From Eubacteriales bacterium (GTDB lineage Bacteria; Bacillota; Clostridia; Oscillospirales; CAG-272): 60,179 nt of DNA. A program made the translations under genes and the position numbers. The notes below the pieces were generated by a model. The model did no database searches. It was not told the DNA's origin and was given only the letters and a program-made list of their open reading frames with translations. The stretch spans positions 1 to 60,179 of the forward strand of contig JBGVLA010000134.1 of the NCBI GenBank assembly GCA_045124015.1, given 5' to 3'. Position 1 is the first letter of the stretch, and each line of letters opens with the position of its first letter. This document shows positions 58,781 to 60,179 of this stretch, one piece after another.

Positions 58781-58811
58781 CAAAACAAAAAAGCCGCTAC
58801 ATACGTGCGGC
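58781..58811 (-). terminator. Intrinsic terminator inside the leader of the mobC-recombinase operon
   Basis: Minus strand: gccgc-acgtatgta-gcggc followed by ttttttgttttg. Confidence 0.5.
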
Positions 58812-58982
58812 AAGAAAAATGGGCATAAGGATAGCTATGCTGTACCTAAATTTCTTGCGAGATCGCAAATATGTAACGGCTTTCAACGAAAGCAACTGTG
58901 AAAATATGTTATTGAGTTGTCTTTGAAACGAGGTGCGAGCTGGACTTACCTAAAAGATAAATGCTCGCTATGTATAAGGTAC
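58812..58982 (-). ncRNA. Candidate ~200-nt untranslated RNA / attenuator leader (promoter to terminator)
   Basis: It lies between a consensus promoter (58989-59017) and the terminator at 58781-58811. It contains several hairpins (gcgagc..gctcgc, gcttt-cgttg-aaagc, ttgcga..tcgcaa). It has no ORF longer than 9 codons that starts with ATG. Confidence 0.35.
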
Positions 58983-58988
58983 GCTTTC

Positions 58989-59017
58989 ATTATATCGGAG
59001 ATTTTACGGCTTGTCAA
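58989..59017 (-). promoter_or_regulatory. Consensus SigA-type promoter facing the mobC-recombinase operon
   Basis: Minus strand: TTGACA (complement of 59012-59017), exact 17-nt spacer, TATAAT (complement of 58989-58994). Confidence 0.6.
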
Positions 59018-59117
59018 TGGGTCGGAATACGTTTCTCCGTTATGCTGTGAGTCTATGACAATCGGTTGGTGGATTCACACAAATTCCTATTACAGTCAGA
59101 TGGTGGAGGAAAAGGAA

Positions 59118-59144
59118 CACCTCGTCTCAAATTGAGACGAGGTG
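59118..59144. terminator. Perfect 11-bp hairpin between the divergent promoters
   Basis: cacctcgtctc-aaatt-gagacgaggtg. A moderately T-rich tract follows on the minus strand only. Confidence 0.45.
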
Positions 59145-59214
59145 AAATCTAAATCGATTCTGCTTTTTATTCGCAAGAAGTTGCGATATTTATCAAAAAT
59201 CACGCGAATCTGCA

Positions 59215-59243
59215 TTGACATGCAATTGTTTCCGATATATAAT
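59215..59243 (+). promoter_or_regulatory. Consensus SigA-type promoter of the XRE-led cargo operon
   Basis: TTGACA (59215-59220), 17-nt spacer, TATAAT (59238-59243). Confidence 0.7.
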
Positions 59244-59266
59244 AAAATAGATAGGAGGTATGCAGT

Positions 59267-59479
59267 ATGAGAATAAGTTATAAAAAGCTTTGGATATTAC
59301 TTATTGAAAAAGATATATCTCAAGCTACATTGCGAAAAGATTTGAATATTGCAACCGGAACAATGACAAAGTTACGAAAAAATGAGGAAGTAGCACTTTC
59401 CGTTCTTTTGCGTATTTGTGAATATTTGGATTGTAATATCGGAGATATTTGTGATGCAGTAAAAGTGGACAATACATGA
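59267..59479 (+). CDS. XRE/Cro-family helix-turn-helix protein (70 aa)
   Basis: ISQATLRKDLNIATGTMTKLRKNE is the HTH, with a C-terminal LLRICEYLDCNIGDI segment. AGGAGG SD. Confidence 0.8.
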   Translation: MRISYKKLWILLIEKDISQATLRKDLNIATGTMTKLRKNEEVALSVLLRICEYLDCNIGDICDAVKVDNT

Positions 59480-59502
59480 TTTATCAACATTTGGAGGTGT
59501 GT

Positions 59503-59958
59503 ATGAGTGCAAAAATTACTAAAAAAGATATTATTAACTTTTTAAAAGAAGGCGGTAGATTTTTCGGCACATTAGCATTAGACATTTATGGAGACAGTCT
59601 TAACAAAGCAGGAGAACAAGCATTTGCGGAGGCAATAGAAATTGGCATTGAAAATACTATTGCCTCGTTGTATGATACAAAAGTTGACGATAAAGAAATA
59701 ATTCGCGTTGTTAGCAAGCATTGGGGAATCTGCGATCGAGAAGTAGAAGATCGTCTTGTATGGGAAAAACATCAAGCTGCCATACGTGCTTTAAGACAGT
59801 ATTTAAAATTGCAAGGATATTCAAAATTGGACATCGATTATTTTATGCGAGAAAATATGGTTTCTTCGAGAATACGTCATGAGAAGGATTTGTGGAAATT
59901 AAAGGATCACCCCGAAAAGCTATTTAAGGAAATAATAAAAAAGAAATCGGAGGCATAG
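59503..59958 (+). CDS. Hypothetical 151-aa protein, predicted helical; no family recognised
   Basis: GGAGGTG SD 5 nt before the ATG at 59503. It sits tightly between the XRE gene and the zinc-ribbon gene. Confidence 0.6.
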   Translation: MSAKITKKDIINFLKEGGRFFGTLALDIYGDSLNKAGEQAFAEAIEIGIENTIASLYDTKVDDKEIIRVVSKHWGICDREVEDRLVWEKHQAAIRALRQYLKLQGYSKLDIDYFMRENMVSSRIRHEKDLWKLKDHPEKLFKEIIKKKSEA

Positions 59959-59961
59959 AAT

Positions 59962-60179
59962 ATGGCTTTTTGTATCAACTGCGGTCAACAACTTGTGGAC
60001 GGCGCTAAATTTTGCGCCAATTGCGGAACTGCAGTAAAAGGAACTGATAATGCCGCAAACTGCGTCGACGAAAACGCGGATGTTGAAATAGGCATTTCTG
60101 TTTTGTTAAATAATAACAATGCCCAAGAATTTACAGAGAAAGACATTTATTTGGAGCATAACCACAAGACTTTAGCAGT
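59962..60179 (+). CDS. Zinc-ribbon domain protein, 5' fragment (runs off the window)
   Basis: MAFCINCGQQLVDGAKFCANCGTAV holds a double CxxC. GGAGG SD. The frame is open to the end of the window. It is not in the ORF track because it has no stop. Confidence 0.6.
   Translation, partial: MAFCINCGQQLVDGAKFCANCGTAVKGTDNAANCVDENADVEIGISVLLNNNNAQEFTEKDIYLEHNHKTLA

Noticed and set aside
58674-59135. Two plus-strand ORFs (75 and 72 aa) in the 660-nt gap between the mobC-like gene and the XRE gene
   Set aside because: They have no SD and compositionally odd products. They are antisense to a consensus promoter/terminator unit on the minus strand. I treat them as non-coding.

Overview
The window reads as chromosomal DNA from a mid-GC, endospore-forming Clostridia-type Firmicute (taxonomy is an inference from gene content and promoter style). 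About 54 kb is conserved core. It holds the 3' end of a SigE/SigK-type sigma gene, then rpmE, hflX, a yigZ-like gene, and dgt-dnaG-rpoD. Next come a 1,235-aa lipoprotein, the complete spoIIIAA-AH operon, an orphan MsmK-type ABC ATPase, tex, a pseudouridine synthase and an M6-type secreted metalloprotease. These are followed by sigG, a ttcA-like gene, pgi, comEC, a giant cyclic beta-1,2-glucan-synthase-like gene, dxs and ddh. The core ends with tRNA-Val, two tRNA-Leu, an MFS transporter, T-box-controlled ileS and thrS, a Nudix gene and an ECF sigma/anti-sigma pair. The last ~6 kb is accessory: an orphan FRG-domain gene, tRNA-Pro, and the left part of an integrated element that runs off the window edge. 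That element carries a mobC-like / ParB-like / orf88 / large serine recombinase operon and a divergent AT-rich XRE-led cargo operon. I found no CRISPR array, rRNA, IS element or recognisable multi-gene defence system. The observations most worth a second look are listed here.
- A single in-frame TAA splits the glucan-synthase-like gene.
- The truncated mobile element has an uncharacterised cargo and a promoter-plus-terminator RNA module upstream of its recombinase operon.
- The giant lipoprotein is SBP-like but has no linked permease genes.
- A three-hairpin intergenic repeat occurs in inverted copies around a small lipoprotein gene whose SD is sequestered in a hairpin.
- One tRNA-Leu has an odd anticodon loop.
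All functional calls rest on motifs I recognised in the supplied translations. No database search was run.
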